Positions 35,401-50,400 are shown, counted from the first letter of the stretch. The stretch is 64,000 bases of DNA from Aplysia californica (GCF_000002075.1 NW_004797274.1:3532381-3596380); one strand, 5' to 3'. Program-made: numbers and translations. The notes: generated by a model not told the origin, from the letters alone.

Positions 35401-38400
35401 CTCACATGAGGCGAAATACTTTTAGAAATTAAAGACTTGACTACACCTGCTACATTGCCTCACACATCTAGAAAAAAAATCTTTACGCAAGAAGGAGGCA
35501 GTGGTATTTTAGATAGCAGTTGCTTTTTTTTCTCACTCTACTAAAATGACCCAGGACATCTTTCTGGATGTGGAGTACGGAAGACGGCTGTTTTTGTTTG
35601 TTCAACTTAAGGTAGAATTGCTGCCATCTTCCTATTTGTTGTAGTGAAATGAAAGACCTCTGGCTCCTTTCTTGCTTGGACTATCTTTGTTTTATTACGC
35701 TGACAAAATATATGTTAAAAAGGACATCTTTACTTGGGGGCAAATATTAGGAATCAATTTTTTATTCTTACATCGGGGCCTTGAAAGAAAGCTGTTTCTC
35801 ATCCTTTTTTGCTTTGGAGCCTTGAAGATGGCAGCTTTCAACTTGACATGCAACCATTTTCCAAGTTGTCTAAAGGCAGTGAGGAAATCTAGATTCATTC
35901 TTGTTTGTTTCTTTCTTGACCCATTAGTCCTTGGTCTGTTTGACTGCTAGGATTTACCTGTACATGATTTGTTTAAGATTTTAAAGAAAATTGCCAGTAA
36001 AAATGTGTGTATGTTTGCATTTTTCAGCTGACCGAGGGCGTGGGTTTCCTTCTGTTTGAGATGATGAAAGGCGTCAAGTTCCATTTCCACAGCGTCTGTG
36101 ATGAGGTAATGTTGTGTACTTTACGTGGAGACAGAGTTGGATTAACCCCCTGGATTGTATATTGATGGAATATCTGTTCCATTTATTACTCGAGAAAGAA
36201 GTAAGGATTTTACTATTACGTACAGTTTCAGTTTCATAGTTTGAATGGGACAAAATGTTTTCATGTTTGGGTTTTAGGGAGTTGCTGCTCTTAAATGGGA
36301 CTTTTGGGGAGAGGTGGGATTTGTATTTTCCAAGTACTTTAGAGATTTATTTGGGTCTGGAATTCTAGCTGTAATGACAGTGGAATGAAAAAGTAATTTC
36401 CTCTCTCTTATATCTCTGCCTTCATGCATGTAGATATTCCCTTTGATGCTGAACAAACTTGGATCCGTGGATGCATCTGGGAAGAAAAACGGGCTTCCCC
36501 TGGTGGCGGTGGAGGAGGCAGTCAGTGTGGTCATGCAAAAGTGTGCTGACCACACCAGTAGAGAGCACAGTGGACGCATGTGGGACATGCTTATGGTGAG
36601 TGATGAACTCCGCCAGACATGAGGTCTTGCTGTCTTCTTGGAGTGAGCATTAGAATATTAATTATTTGAATTACTGGATAATGTAGTTGTTGGTTTTAGT
36701 TTTTCCTTTATTTATTTTTTTTCGATTTTTGTGGAGCTTTTCAGAAAGTATAAAAAAGGAAAATCTTTGCATTATAATTTATCTGGATTCCGGTAAGATG
36801 ATATAATCTTGAGCACAAGTTTTAAACAGCATTGTTGACGTTCTACTTTTTTCCCCATGTCCAGTACATTTGTAGCTCTGTGGAGGTGAGCATGTTTGTG
36901 ATGGACCCTACAGGTAGCTTTTCACTGACCACGAGTCAAAAGATTCCACTCTAGCACATTGTTGTTTTTTATAGAACATTTTAGCTTTTACAGGGTGGCT
37001 TTGAAAGATATTTGCTTTGGAAAATGTCATCAACCATTTACTTTGGGGGGGGGGGGGGGGGCACTGGTGTCTCCTACTTCTTTTCTTTCCTGCCATTGTT
37101 TCTGTCTGTCTTACTTATTCCTTGCACTATGCGACTGTTACTGTATAAATGTGCTTCTCTTAACTCCAACTCCAAGGGTGGTTTGTTAGTGTTCTGGTGT
37201 GCTTTGCTCCTTTTTTCCTCTATCAAGCATCTATCGTCCTTATATGGCCTCTTTTATTTTTTAATGTCACTCTCTAGTAACAACTTTAATCTTTCGGCTC
37301 TTATATGGCCTAATTGTGTTGTAAATGCCCTAAACTCATATCAAAATTTAAAAACTCAAATTTCACTTTTCATTGTTTCTTCTCAGGATGCTCTGTCCAC
37401 CGTCCACTCGTCATGCCTAAAGAATGACAACGAAGTGTTGACTGCTGACCAGGCAGAGCACAAAGTCCCGTCCAATGTTCAACATCTGTGCCGTCTCCTA
37501 AGGCTGACCTCTGTGTGGCTGTCCCACGACGGTGGGAGCATTGTGGGTCATCCCGAGCAGGTGGCCAAGGTGGGAGACATTTCTTTTTCTTTCCCTCTGC
37601 TGCACTTTCTTAGACTTTTCTTTTTCTCTCAATCTGCTACACTTTGAGAGACAGTACTTACACCTGCATGTTTGCCGACAATCGCGACCCGAGCCGCAAG
37701 CCGGCCGATGCTATCGCTAGGCCCACCTGCATTAGTCAATGTGCGAGGCCTGGCCGACTGCCAGCGCCCCCTTTTTTTCCCGTCGGCTTTGTCTGCACTT
37801 TCGTTTTCGTGCCGACGTCGGCGGTTCCGACATCCTGAGTAGAAATACGAATACGAAAAAGGACGACGACCAAAATTATCTACTTTCAGTTTCGTGCTCC
37901 AGGGCGGCCATTTTGAATTTCGTTTGTTTACTGATGGTTCAGATCATGTATGTTCATTCAAGTCCGACTCACTTGTAGATCTAATCTAGATCTTGATTTA
38001 TATATCATTATAGACCTCAATGGAGAATTCATATTCGAATTCTATTGTGTCAAACCCTATTATAGGTTGTGCTGTAATATTAATGTTGGTAAAACGAATT
38101 TCATCAGGTGCGTGAATTATTAGATATCTAGATCTAGACTCAGCTGAGTTCCTCTGTTCGGAATCGGATGCAGATTTCTCACCGTATTCCTGTTCACTTG
38201 TTCTACAAGATCTAGATCTATACTATATGGAGGATTCATATTCCAATTCTATTGTATTATTGTATCAAACCCTTTTTTACAGCAATGTAGATCTAGGCCA
38301 TATTATGCTCCTTGTTTGTTTTGGAGTGTGCTCGTTTTTTGTTGGGTTTTTTTTTTTTTTTTACTTAGGCTGGCCTTTTTACATGAGGACTGTTGCATGT

Positions 38401-41400
38401 TCTTTATTTGTGTTTGTTGGGGTGGTCGCTCGTTGCTCGGAAGCCCTTTCTTTTATGACACCCACAATTTAAAAGCTCTTATATAAGTCATAAGTTAGGG
38501 GGAGTGCGCAAAATTTTCAGACAATCTGGTTGAGGCTCACATGCAGGTCTAAGCACTCTTTTTTTTTTTCTCACTCCACTCCTCTTTAGAGTACTTAAGT
38601 TGATGAACTATTTTGTATCTCTCTCATTCCTCTACGTGTGGGGGCAGTTCTATTCCTCTCGCTTTTCTACGTTTTTCTAATTCTTGGGGGGGGGGGGGGG
38701 GGGTCTACTTTTTCCCCATGTCATTCTGATCTGATGTTGATACAAAAATAACAGTTTTCCTGACTTGCTATAGTATTTCTGGCCCCTGGTAGCTGTTGGT
38801 TTTAATATCTTTTCTCATAGCTTTATTACAAGAAATTTGCTCTGTTGATGTACATCCAAAAGGCTCGGTCAACATCCACTTAAATGCTCTTTCGATGAAC
38901 CTTTGAAATACAGTCAATTTACAGCTAAAATACCCTGTCTATGTTTATCTCATTCTTTCTTTGTGTGTGTGTGCGGCATTTTCCTCCAGGTGTTGCTGGT
39001 GATTCTGCGGTCAGTTCCCCGTCCAGACAGCGTTGGTCAGGACCTGCTGGACACCGTCTCTAACCTGTTCACGTCTTGCGATGACCGGCTGGCCCCAGAC
39101 ATGATCGTCAAACTAACCTCTGCTGTTTTCTCTGATGCCTTCACCTTCTCCAGTCTCAAAGAATTTGTCAGGGCCACACTGGAAAGGCCCTTCTTTGAGA
39201 AGGTAATGCAAAAGTAGATATTTCACACTTTAGTGACCAGTCATGGGTCAAAGATGAAGAGGAAGACCACATGGGACCCGGAGAAGAGTCACTGTCCTAC
39301 TTTTTGCATTTAATCCAAAATTCTGCCAAACAAAAGTAGAAACATTCTATGGTTAGTTTGCGAAAAGTACAGAAAAGTGAGAAGACATGGAATAACATCA
39401 AGGAGCTAGCTCAGGATAGGGAAAGGTGGAAAGTGGTTGTTTGTGGCCCATTCCTGATCCAGGGTGAGAAAGGCAGTGATAATGATGATCACCAGCCATT
39501 CTGTGGTTGATGGGAGCAGACAGATCAACAGAAAAAAGGTACAGAAATCAGAAAAAGAATACTGAAGGAGATTGGACACACCTTTAGAAGAAACGAAAAC
39601 ACACATTACACACCAACCCTAAAGATGGAACCCACAGGGAAAGAGAAAGAAATAAAGGTCTAAAAAAATTTTTGAGGAAGGACTTAGGTTCCAACCTAAA
39701 GGAGACGGTATACAGCTGGACAGAGGTTGGGACTATGGCCTAGGACAGAAGTACTTGGAGAGCTCTTGTTTGGTGGCCTAGATTCCAGCACAGGGTGGGA
39801 AAGGCTGATGGTGATGGTCCTGTGGCTGGTAGACCAGTTTAGACCATGATGGTCGCCTACATTTTTCTGAGAAAAAGTGTACCTATTACTGAGACTGGAG
39901 GAATTTTATATTCTTACCTTTATGTGCACTCGCAAACTAACCATAGAATGTTTCTACTTTTGTTTGGCAGAATTTTGGATTAGATGCAAAAAGTAGGACA
40001 GTTTTTTGGTTTTTTTAGAGCAGTCTTCAAAACAAGTATTATTTTCGGCGTCAGCCTGCTAGGAACATTGCCAGAAGACGGGTATACTCATGGATGGTCA
40101 CTTAGGTGTTATGCCAGAAGACGGGTATACTCATGGATGGTCACTTAGGTGTTATGCCAGAAGACGGGTATACTCATGGATGGTCACTTAGGTGTTACGC
40201 CCAAAAGGAAAGAATCGGGGGGGAAGTTTGTTTTGTTTTATACATTATGGACCTCGAGCCGGAATTCTTATTCTTTAGTAAAGAAGAGGTTTTTGGTTTT
40301 TGTGGTGTGATAATTTAGTTTTGGTAATAGTTTTACTGCACTTGCAACACAATTAGGTCATATAAGTGCCGAAGATTGGAGGTGTTACAAGAGAGTAACA
40401 AACACAAAAAAGAAGGAGGGGAGATGAGGACAATACATGTTTGATAGGAAAGAAGGAGCAAACCATACCAGAGCACCTGCCAACCACCCACCTGTGTAAT
40501 AGTTGGGCACTTCATCATAGCACTCTTTAGACGCCAGTTCAATTCTGGCTTGGGGAAGTTATATTATCGATTACCTCCGTCTGTCTCTAGGGATGCTAGT
40601 TCCCACTCAGCCCAGACTGACCCCAAGTAGCAAGATTGAAGCAGAAGTCCTCCCTTTCTGCCAAAGTGATCTAAATTGTGCCAATTAGGGGGCATCGTAA
40701 CTTTGTAATTTTCACATGAGGATGCCATTCATTCTGGCATCTCGTTTCATGTATGTGTTGTTTGTCCACAGAATTGCCATGTTATGTCTTAGTCGTGAGA
40801 GAATAATAATAATAATAAATAGCATTTATGCTTCACATTTCCATTTTCTAAAAAATGCTCAATGCGCATTACATTAATATAAATATCACACCTTAAAGAT
40901 TAATGAACATGTGTGTACAGCAAACATAGTATTATGCATACATATGAATAAAAATTAATACGAGAAAGGGGTATATATGAATATGTATAAAAATTTATAT
41001 GAGAGAAGGAGTAAATTTTTGAGTTACAAGGGGAAAAGTGAGGGTGAATGTGATATGATTCCATGAATGTGTATTTTGTGTCGCAGAAGCTGGTGAAAAC
41101 ACACTTTCAATTTTATGGAGGATCTATCAATCTGTCTGTCTGTCTATCAATCTATTCTATCTATCCACCCTTCTATCTAGTAAATAAATCTTATCTTAAA
41201 CCTTTGACAATCTTGTGTGTTCCTGTAGGACATACTGCCAGGCTGCATGAACAGGATTCACTTTGAGCTGCCCATGAGGAGCCCAGAGCAACAACAGGAC
41301 GTGCTGGCCTTCATTGGGGAACTGGTGATGGTCAAGACTGGGTCTCCGGTGACCGGCGGGGATCTCCACATGCTCAAACGTTACCCCTTGGATCAGATTA

Positions 41401-44400
41401 CTTACATGAGGTTAGGATGACTGAGTTTATAGCCGGCCTGTTGAATTTAGTAAACCGAGAGAGCAAAATGTTTTAGAAGAAAAGGGGGAAAAAACGTGTT
41501 TTATTATTTTGTTCAACTGTACCTATTCTGTATACTTTTTTCATTTTTCAACATTTAGAATTTGAATTCCGATAAAATATTTTTTGAGTACATGCATCAC
41601 AGATTAAAAAACTACAATTTTTAAACAATTTAAAATTTTGAGCTCGGTACATTTTAACAGCTCGCGGATATGTGTATGAGATCTGGGGAGCTGCTACTTA
41701 AGCTAAAAATTGTGTAGACAGCTGAAAACATTTTTTTAGAAAGTGTCAAAACGAATTAAGCCTCAGAACTGAATATTTTCACTGCTATAGCATAAATATA
41801 TATAATATACATCTATACTTCATCAAATTCTTAAATATCCTCATGATAAGGATATGAATAATGGTTTACATTTCTCTCTATCTCTAAAGGTTCTGATTTT
41901 ATAAACACGCTGATAAAATTCAGTCACCAGTTTGTTGAGAACTGTGCAATTGGTGTTTGAAACGTATCATGGCTCCAAGACTTGGAATGCTTTGCTCAGA
42001 TAAAAAATTTTATTCATTCAAATGTCAGCTAGAGTCATTTCTGTTTTTTGATTAATGGGTTATATTTGTAGTATTTTAATCAGAACACAGTGTACTCTTC
42101 ATGTGTTGCTGTTGTATTTGTAAAGCCATTAGAGCCTGTGTTCTTTATTGCTATTGTTATTTATTACTCTATAAATATCATATATTGTTATTTTATTCAA
42201 ACATGTGAAGGCTTTAGAAGCTTTGGAGCTGAGCCGAGAAGACGTAAATTCAAGATTATTTGGATTTTTTTGTTGTTGTTGTCTGTCAGGTCAAGCAAGG
42301 AAAATTGTTTCTGCAAGTTTGTTGCGGATACACTGGCCTCTACGCTGGAGAACTCTGACCCCTGGTCTCCCAACGAGCTCTCTCTTCTCTGGGGTGCTGT
42401 TGTTTGTGCTCCACATCTAAGGTAGGAAAGTTTTATTTCTGCTGTACATTGTACAGAGGGTCCACTGAAACCCAACATGTTAAATCATAAAATAGCAGTT
42501 AGTCAAATGAAATTAAAATCACTTTGGGGGGGGGGGTGTTCTTCTTTTGAAAAACAGCTAAACTGAAAAAATCTTTTGGTCCTGCTGATTTCAGTTGAAG
42601 GGGACTACGTTGTTGCACACTCAGAAGCTCAGCTTATTTGCTTAGATAAAGAAGGGATTTCATGTCATAACCCATGAAATGTAAACCAATCAGAAGGGGA
42701 AAATATAGTTTACTTTTTAGAGGGGGAGGGGGGGGGGGGGTTCTTCTGCCCAGCTTTGCTGGTTTGTTTTTTTACCAAAAAAAATTCCAGTCGTTCTTCC
42801 CCCCATGGTCATGTATCTTCTAGATTGATGTCTTTGGCCCTTTTCCCTTGAGTAATTCATCAATCTTTTTTGTGTTTCAGCATCCCGGACAGTTTGGGGA
42901 AAGTTGGTGCCGTCTGGTCAAGAGTGGTGGGGAAACTGAAATCTTGTGAACATTCTGAAGACAGTAAGCAAGCTCATCTTATGTTGATTTTAAAAATGAT
43001 TTGTTCAGTGTTACAGAAGCTGCTGGTTTGCTCCTTCTTTCCTGTCAAACATCTGTCTTCTCTCTCTTCCTTCCTTTGTTTATATGTTACTGTTTTGTAA
43101 TAACTCTATTCTTGGGCACTTATTTGACTCAATTGTTACAAGATCAGTGAAACTCTTTCTAAAACTGAGAAGGGGCTGACTGCTGGCACCTGCGGTGTTA
43201 CGGTTGGGTTCTAAATCATTGCATAGCAAAGCCATGAGTTCAGTTTCCCCCCCCGCCCCGGGAAGTTTGTCTTTCTGCTGGGGTGCTATATTACACTTAA
43301 CCTAATTTGGCTCTGATAAGTATTGTTAAAAACAGTCCACCTTCTAAATAATTGATGGGGGTGTAGAATACATATTCATATAGTATATTGATGAATTATT
43401 GTGTATGAATGTGTTTTTGTATGCCATTGTTACTTGTAAATCAAATTTACCCAGAGGGATCAATGTATGTTGTATCTATTTCTGTTCTAGTTTTAAAAAT
43501 ATAATTTGCTTGTTGCAGGGCAGCGTCTGGCTATTGTTGTGAATCAGCTTGTCCGCAGCATGTTGATGATTCAGGAAGGGACAGAGGAACCCATCCCTGT
43601 CACCTGTGACGAGATCATGGATGTGCTCGGGTGTGTAAGATTAGCTGTTTCTTTGAGTTTTATTCGTGTGCAGAAAATGAGTTTTTGCACAGTTCAGATG
43701 TCCATTGAACAGACTGTGGACTTTTGAATGTTTCCAGTATGAAGTTACATGTTTAGAAAATGCCCATGTTGCATTCGTTTGATGAGCTGAAAATGCGGAC
43801 CTGAAATTTTGTCTAGATTGAAGATTTGAATAATAGTATTGTGCACTTCACAGGCTGCAGTGTTGTATGTCCATCCCATGCTCTTGGCTTGTCAGATATA
43901 CTTACTGTGTGTCTTTGCTGAATGCATATAACTATAATTATATTATTTCAGATATTTGAATTTCATAGAATATGGCCATTTGAAAATGCACTTTTCTGCT
44001 ATACCATTTTTTTTTTCTTCAATAATTGTCCCACAGATATACAAATTTCTCACGCTTTTCAATAATGTTTGTGACTCACTAATACTTATATTTTGCATAT
44101 ATTTGTGTGTGTGTATGTGTGCTTTTAACGACATCAGCAGTATTGGTTATAATATATTACCTGCAGACATGTCTTGTTGCCATGGCAACAAAACCAAAAT
44201 GGCTGACAACCTGTAAATAGAAAATGAATGAAGCCAAAATGAGAGTGAAAAATTGACAATATGAGTGTTGTTTTCAGTTCTAGAGACCATTTTACATACC
44301 TTTGGTACATGCCTCCCATGCAAGTGGAACCCCCTTCCCAGATTTCAGCATTCATGAAGTACTGTTCTTTTCCCAGATGTGATCCCTCCAGCCCCACACT

Positions 44401-47400
44401 GCTGCAGACAGCAGACTTGTTCTTCTCCCAGCCCAGCTCCTCTGTCCAGCTGACCTCCCAGCAACTGGTGGACGTGTACAAGTTACTGGAGCAGAACCTT
44501 GTATCTCCCTCGCATACTGTCAGTGGACGTCTATACAAGTGTCGTAATCTCTATCTNNNNNNNNNNNNNNNNNNNNNNNNNNNNNNNNNNNNNNNNNNNN
44601 NNNNNNNNNNNNNNNNNNNNNNNNNNNNNNNNNNNNNNNNNNNNNNNNNNNNNNNNNNNNNNNNNNNNNNNNNNNNNNNNNNNNNNAGCTGGATCTTTGT
44701 GAGAAAACAAAGAGCAGTTGTATCTGAAGTCTCAAAAAAAATTCAATAACATTGGGAGCATTCATAGGTACAAGAAAACAAACATTAGGATAATTAAATT
44801 CTATTTTATTGGAAAGTTTTGAGCAGTTTGGATCTCAGCAATAGTGGAGAGATTTTTAAAAATCATATATATTTGAATTGAAGATGAAAATGAAGGAGAA
44901 TGAGAAAAGTTTTACTGTGGAGTTTTTTAAAAATTGTAGACTTTAACATGTGTTTTTCTGAATATATTGAAACTGTATATTTGAATGTTGACGTAACTCT
45001 TTAATTGAAGTCTGATTTTTCACCAGTTTTTAAAAATCTTTTCTTTTTTTTAAATCTCTCCTATCTAGGTGAGACTTTTATCCTGCCACTTGCTTTCGTT
45101 GTTTCCTGTTGAGCTGCCTGATTATAACGATGTAAGTGCCATATGGTCATTGGTTGTTTGTTCTGCAGTGTGTCATGCTACATGTCACGTCTTCTGTGTC
45201 AAGACCAGGTCTGCCAACCTTCCCTGATAAGTCTTGATTTCCTGATTTCAGAGCCATGCTATATTATAATATTTTTACAATTATTTGCGCGAAAAGGACG
45301 AATGTAATCGACGGTATCGGAACTCGTGTGTTACAAAAGTATCCAGATTAGCTGTGCGTCCTTTACTGTTTGGCGGTTCGGCTACTTACTATGCTCATGT
45401 AAACCTGGCAACCGAATTTGGGCACTACATTTACTGGATCCTGACTCTGTGTTGCCTCGTTGGCCATAAATACGGAGATCATAAATACAGGAATATGACC
45501 TGGCACACATACATTTTCCCCATTTTGCATTTTCAAAAGTTGGCAGGCATGCAATTTTGTGTGAGTCTTGATTCACAAATGGAGAAGAAATGAAATGCTG
45601 TATCCAACTCTATTTGCATTGGGTTCTGATAAGCTGTGTTGAAGCAGCCAGCCTACTAAATGATTAACATGCATTGAAGGGATTATAAAACATTTACTAC
45701 CAATTTGTCGTTCGAGGTTTGCTGACATTTTGGGGGGTTTATGTAGCACAATTCAATATGAATTTGATTTATCAGTGCATTGTTGCACATTAATGTGTTT
45801 GTTCAATCCAGAGCAAAGTTTTTGTGAGAAGCATGTATCATTCTTGTAGAAGTGTTTCTTGTCAGATATTGTGCATTACGTTATGTTGGTAAATTATTAT
45901 ATGGTTGTATTTTTGTATGTTTGTATATGTATTAAAATTCATGCATGTTTGACATTGTAAACCAAATTTTGTGATGGGGATCATGATGGGTAAAAGTGGC
46001 TATGCATTTTATTTGTTTCATCAATTTGTTTGATATATACTTGTTAAGGACAACTATGCTATTGTGTCACAGGATGTGAAACGGGAGAATGTCTTCACCA
46101 CTCTGTGGACTGCAGAGAAAATGGTGCCGACCGTCCACAACTATCGAGAGAAACTGATCTATCTACGCAGGCTGGAGCACGGGATGGTCCTCAAGTGTCT
46201 GCCCGAAGGTCCCTTCACAAAGGTGAAAACACTGCTTCATATAGACAGAATTGTATATCACTTCAGCATTGTCATGCTCTAATCGTGTAGCTCATTTCTT
46301 GAAAATTTTTCTGAATGCATATTTCGGAAATACTCATAAAAATCTGTACCTGAAATAGGAGAGTTTTATTTGCTGTGTGTTTTTCGTGGTATAGACTGAA
46401 TTTCATAAATTTGACATCATTGTCTAAGATGTAATGGTAAGGTGTTTTGCTGTTACGCACAGAAGACATGAGTTTCAATTCATATGCTAAGAAGTTATTT
46501 TTTTGCGTATGTCTGTCTTGTCTTTCTGCAATGATGTTGAATCCTATTCTGCAAGAGCTGGCCTCAACAGGTTGGATCAAAGTATCCTGCCTCTAAAATG
46601 ATCTACATTGTGTCGATGTGGGTGTCAAGAAATTCACACTTACAAATATTTATGGAAATGCTGATGTTTTAAATCAGTCCATGATAAAGCAATGTTTTCT
46701 TTGCCATGTAGTGTATTACCAATGTCCATGGCAACTGACTTAAGTGGCCTTTAGACATGGTATGCCAATTAGACTGACCAACTTTATTGCAGGTAGTAGA
46801 AGGGTATCACTGTAGGTTCTACTTTTTTTTTCCCCTTGTTGTTTCTATCTTAACTTTTTTTTTTTTTTTTTACACGTAATGACTATTACTGTGTCAGGGT
46901 GGGTTTTTTTGTTGTTGTTTTTTTTTACTCGTTAAAATAGAACTGGTTGTTCCTGCTTTTTTGCTTTCCCTGTATTATTCCCGTCTGTTTAGCTTTTTCC
47001 CAGTACAAAATGACCGTTGTGTCAATGTGCTTCTCTTCACTCAAAATAAACCAAATTTGTGCATCTTGACCTCACTTGTTTTTGTCCGTCTTCTTTTTTT
47101 TCCCTGCTGTAAAATGACCATTATTGTGCTGATGTGCTTCTCTTTCCTCAAACTCAAAACTGTCTATTCTTGTTTGTGCTGTCAGGCCCCTCTGTTGTTC
47201 CTCCTGGGGAACCAACACTGGAACTTCAAGCTGCTGTGGGAGCCACTGGCTGAGATCATCTCTTCCCATGCCATCGGCGCTGACGTCGGTCAATTCTGGG
47301 AGGTCATGCTGGGTCAACTCCGCTTGGCCGCTAACCAATCAGGTTTGTTGGTCCTGTGTTTTTGTCTGTGAATGTTGAGTGTTTTCTGCTTAATGTTTGA

Positions 47401-50400
47401 AAATGTATTATGTTGCGAAAAAGATCTCTTTACTGTTTAAGTGATTGGTGTTGAATTTCCTGTAATAATTTGAATGGCTTTGTGATAAAATGAATTCAGG
47501 TTGTTAGCTGGATTATCGGTCTTTGCTACTTTAAAATGTTTGGTCGCAAAACGTGCTAGAACCTATAATTGTTTACTATTATGATTCTGTTTTTCTTTTC
47601 TCCAGTAGCATACAAATGGTCAGTTAAATAATTATAAGCTTGTTTAGGTTTTTCTATTTTTTGACGTATCGCATTTTGTCCCGAAACCTCTTGTATTGTT
47701 CATTCTTTCTGCCCTCAAACATTTTCTTCAAGTCTTCAGACTCAGAGAGTGATCAGCGTAGCTTGGCATAAGCTGAATCTTTATTTATTTTTATGTCAAT
47801 ATTTATTTAACTCTTAACTTGCCGAAGGCTCATTAGTACGAGTTCAGTTTAGAATGCTGAAGCCATGTTAGAATTTTTTAAGTTAAAAAAAAAACGTTTG
47901 CAACCCAAGAAAAACATTTTAAAAATTCACTGAGGTTCATCAACAATTCAGCTATCATACAGAGTGATGTCTTTTGGTATTTAACTCAGTGAGATGACTC
48001 TGTTCGTTGTTTAATTATGTTTAGTGTGCATGGTCGAGCGAGAGCAGAGACTAAAGTCGCCAGCGGTAATGAGCGCATACAAAGGACTGGCGACTCCAAG
48101 TCGCCGAAGGTACTAAAAGTGTTAAACTTTTATGTTAAAAAAATAAAGGCTTATAGTGGGAGTTGTATTTCTCTCTGAATAAGCAAAATTGTATTACTTT
48201 TTCAGAGAAGGAATTGCTTCTGGACGCCCCTACTTCTGAGAGTGATCAAGAAAGAAATAAGGGGCCTTTGTTGAGTCTGTTTGATGACCACCTGTCAGCT
48301 GTTTTGACCGACGCCCGGAAACCAGACTTTATAAACTTTCGGGTTCAACTGTGGCGTTGTATGAAAAAGTTTCCTGACAAATGTGTGTTGAGGTCTGATG
48401 AGCTCTGTACTCTGTACCTCACATTTCTCAGGTGGGTAGTTTTGTACTGTATATCAGTTTCACACTCAAGATTTTCTTAACAAGAGAAAAATAATTACTG
48501 TCCAACTTTTGCTTGTGCAAAAAGAAGAAGAATTTTTAAAAAATACCAACCTTATCATCACTGTAGGCAGACTTGCGATACAATGTTAGACATACATGAG
48601 ATGTTACTTACTAGTCCTCCTGCGCTGTTCAGGAACTTTTTGAAAGAACTTACACTGCTTGTAGAGGGACATTTCTCTTCAAACTCCTAAAACATTCTGC
48701 TTTTGTACAAGCAGAACATGGGACTGTCATTTGCGGTGTAAAAGTTGAGCTCCTTGCCATGTCACAAAGAAAACATGGATTTGAATCCCATGTGGGGAAG
48801 TTGTTTTTTTGTTTTTGTTTGTTGTTGTTGTTTTTTTGGGGGGGTTAGTATCTCTTTCTGCTGGGATGTTGTATTCCATTTAGCTGAGGATGTCCCTGAC
48901 AGGCAGGATGGAATCACCCCACCTCTTGACTGGCATATAGTATAGTCAAGGGGGCATTAAATATTGTAAATTTTACAAATGCAACCAAAAAAAGAAAATG
49001 AATAAATAATTAAGATGTCATTGACTGTTTTTGTGTATGTCTTCTGTTTTCTCCAGGAATGAGTTTCACTGTGCTGACGGAGAGTCTCAGATGTACCAGA
49101 ACATTCTGTCTGACAGTCCTGCAGAGACGGCAGAGAACCACGAAGGGTCTGACGACAACGGTGTCGAAGTGGAGAGCGCTGCAGTGGATGAAGAGATGGA
49201 AGAAGAAGATGAGGATGTGAATGACCAAGGAAACAAAACAACTGGGAAGAGGAAGAAACCAACCACACTGTGAGATTTTTTATTTTGTCTTCACAGCAGA
49301 TAGTTTTTGTTTTTCTTCCATAAATTTTTGTTTTAAGGCAACTTGAAAAAAAGGCTTTGGGAGGTCTGTTTGCTTCCTTATATCTCAACTCTTTTTGGTT
49401 AATGAAGACATTTGTTTCTATTTCTGACTTTGGAACGGGAATGGTTAAATTGATTTTTTGGGCATCGAAGTTCATTGTCTTTTTACAAATCTGTTTCGTT
49501 CCATAAATGAAAAATTCAAATTGTTCCTCTCTCTTCATAAATTGTTTATCCTACTTAAATTCAACTTCCATGCTTTTTGAATGGCTGAAGTTCATTCAAG
49601 CAAAATAAACCAGGATTTATCAGGGTGTATTCATGGTTTTATAATATATTTAGATGTTCAGTCTGGGGTCCCTAAAGTTAAATGCTGTGCATGTTTATTT
49701 TCATTTTAGGGCAAAGTAATCAGGTAGCCGTTTTCCTCTGAGAGAGTAAGGTTTGGGCCAACACTGGCTTGTCTAGATATTGTTTACAAAGTTTTTCTGC
49801 AATTATTTTTTTTTTTTGTTTGCTGTTTTTCGAGATGAACTGTGGGTGTTGGAGAGCACCACTAGTAGGGCCTACTTCTTTTTATTTCCATCTGCTGTTT
49901 CTGTCTGTCTGTCTACCTGTCTGTCATACTCTTCCCCACATGAGAGTTGTTGTGTCAATGCAAACTAATTATCTCAATGTCATGTTTCAAATCTTTATCT
50001 CCGGTGGGGGTTACCTCACTATGCTGGAACCCTTTTTTGGTACGGAACCTGAAAGTGACATATATTATGCCACTTAACTGGACATGACATTAAATCAAAA
50101 TAAATGACCTTTTTTGATAGTTCTACATCTTATGAAAGAACTCCCAGTAAGAGCGACTTAATTTTGGCAATTGCCGAGAATAAATATGATGCCATCATCA
50201 GAAAGGAATTTGACCGAGCTATTGACAGCACATCACCAGTACAGACTGCAAGCAGCTTGGAGGGCTTGCCGGAGATAAGGAGTTTAGATAAATTATCGTA
50301 ACAGGAGAAATGTTCATGATACAAGTGGTGCTGGGACGTGAAATAATGAAGATATGGTGTTTGTGCGCTTGAAGGCCTTTGTGACAATGTACATTACATC

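Noticed and set aside
40069-40197. CRISPR-like array
   Set aside because: No unique spacers, eukaryotic intron; plain minisatellite.
47808-48125. piggyBac-like remnant ending AAAAGTGTTAA
   Set aside because: No matching opposite TIR could be defined.
49709-49725. Possible UTP20 micro-exon
   Set aside because: The required phase hits TAA, and exons 22 and 23 join in frame without it.
50104-50301. 65-aa ORF in an intron, possible transposase relic
   Set aside because: No motif I can recognise and element ends unclear.
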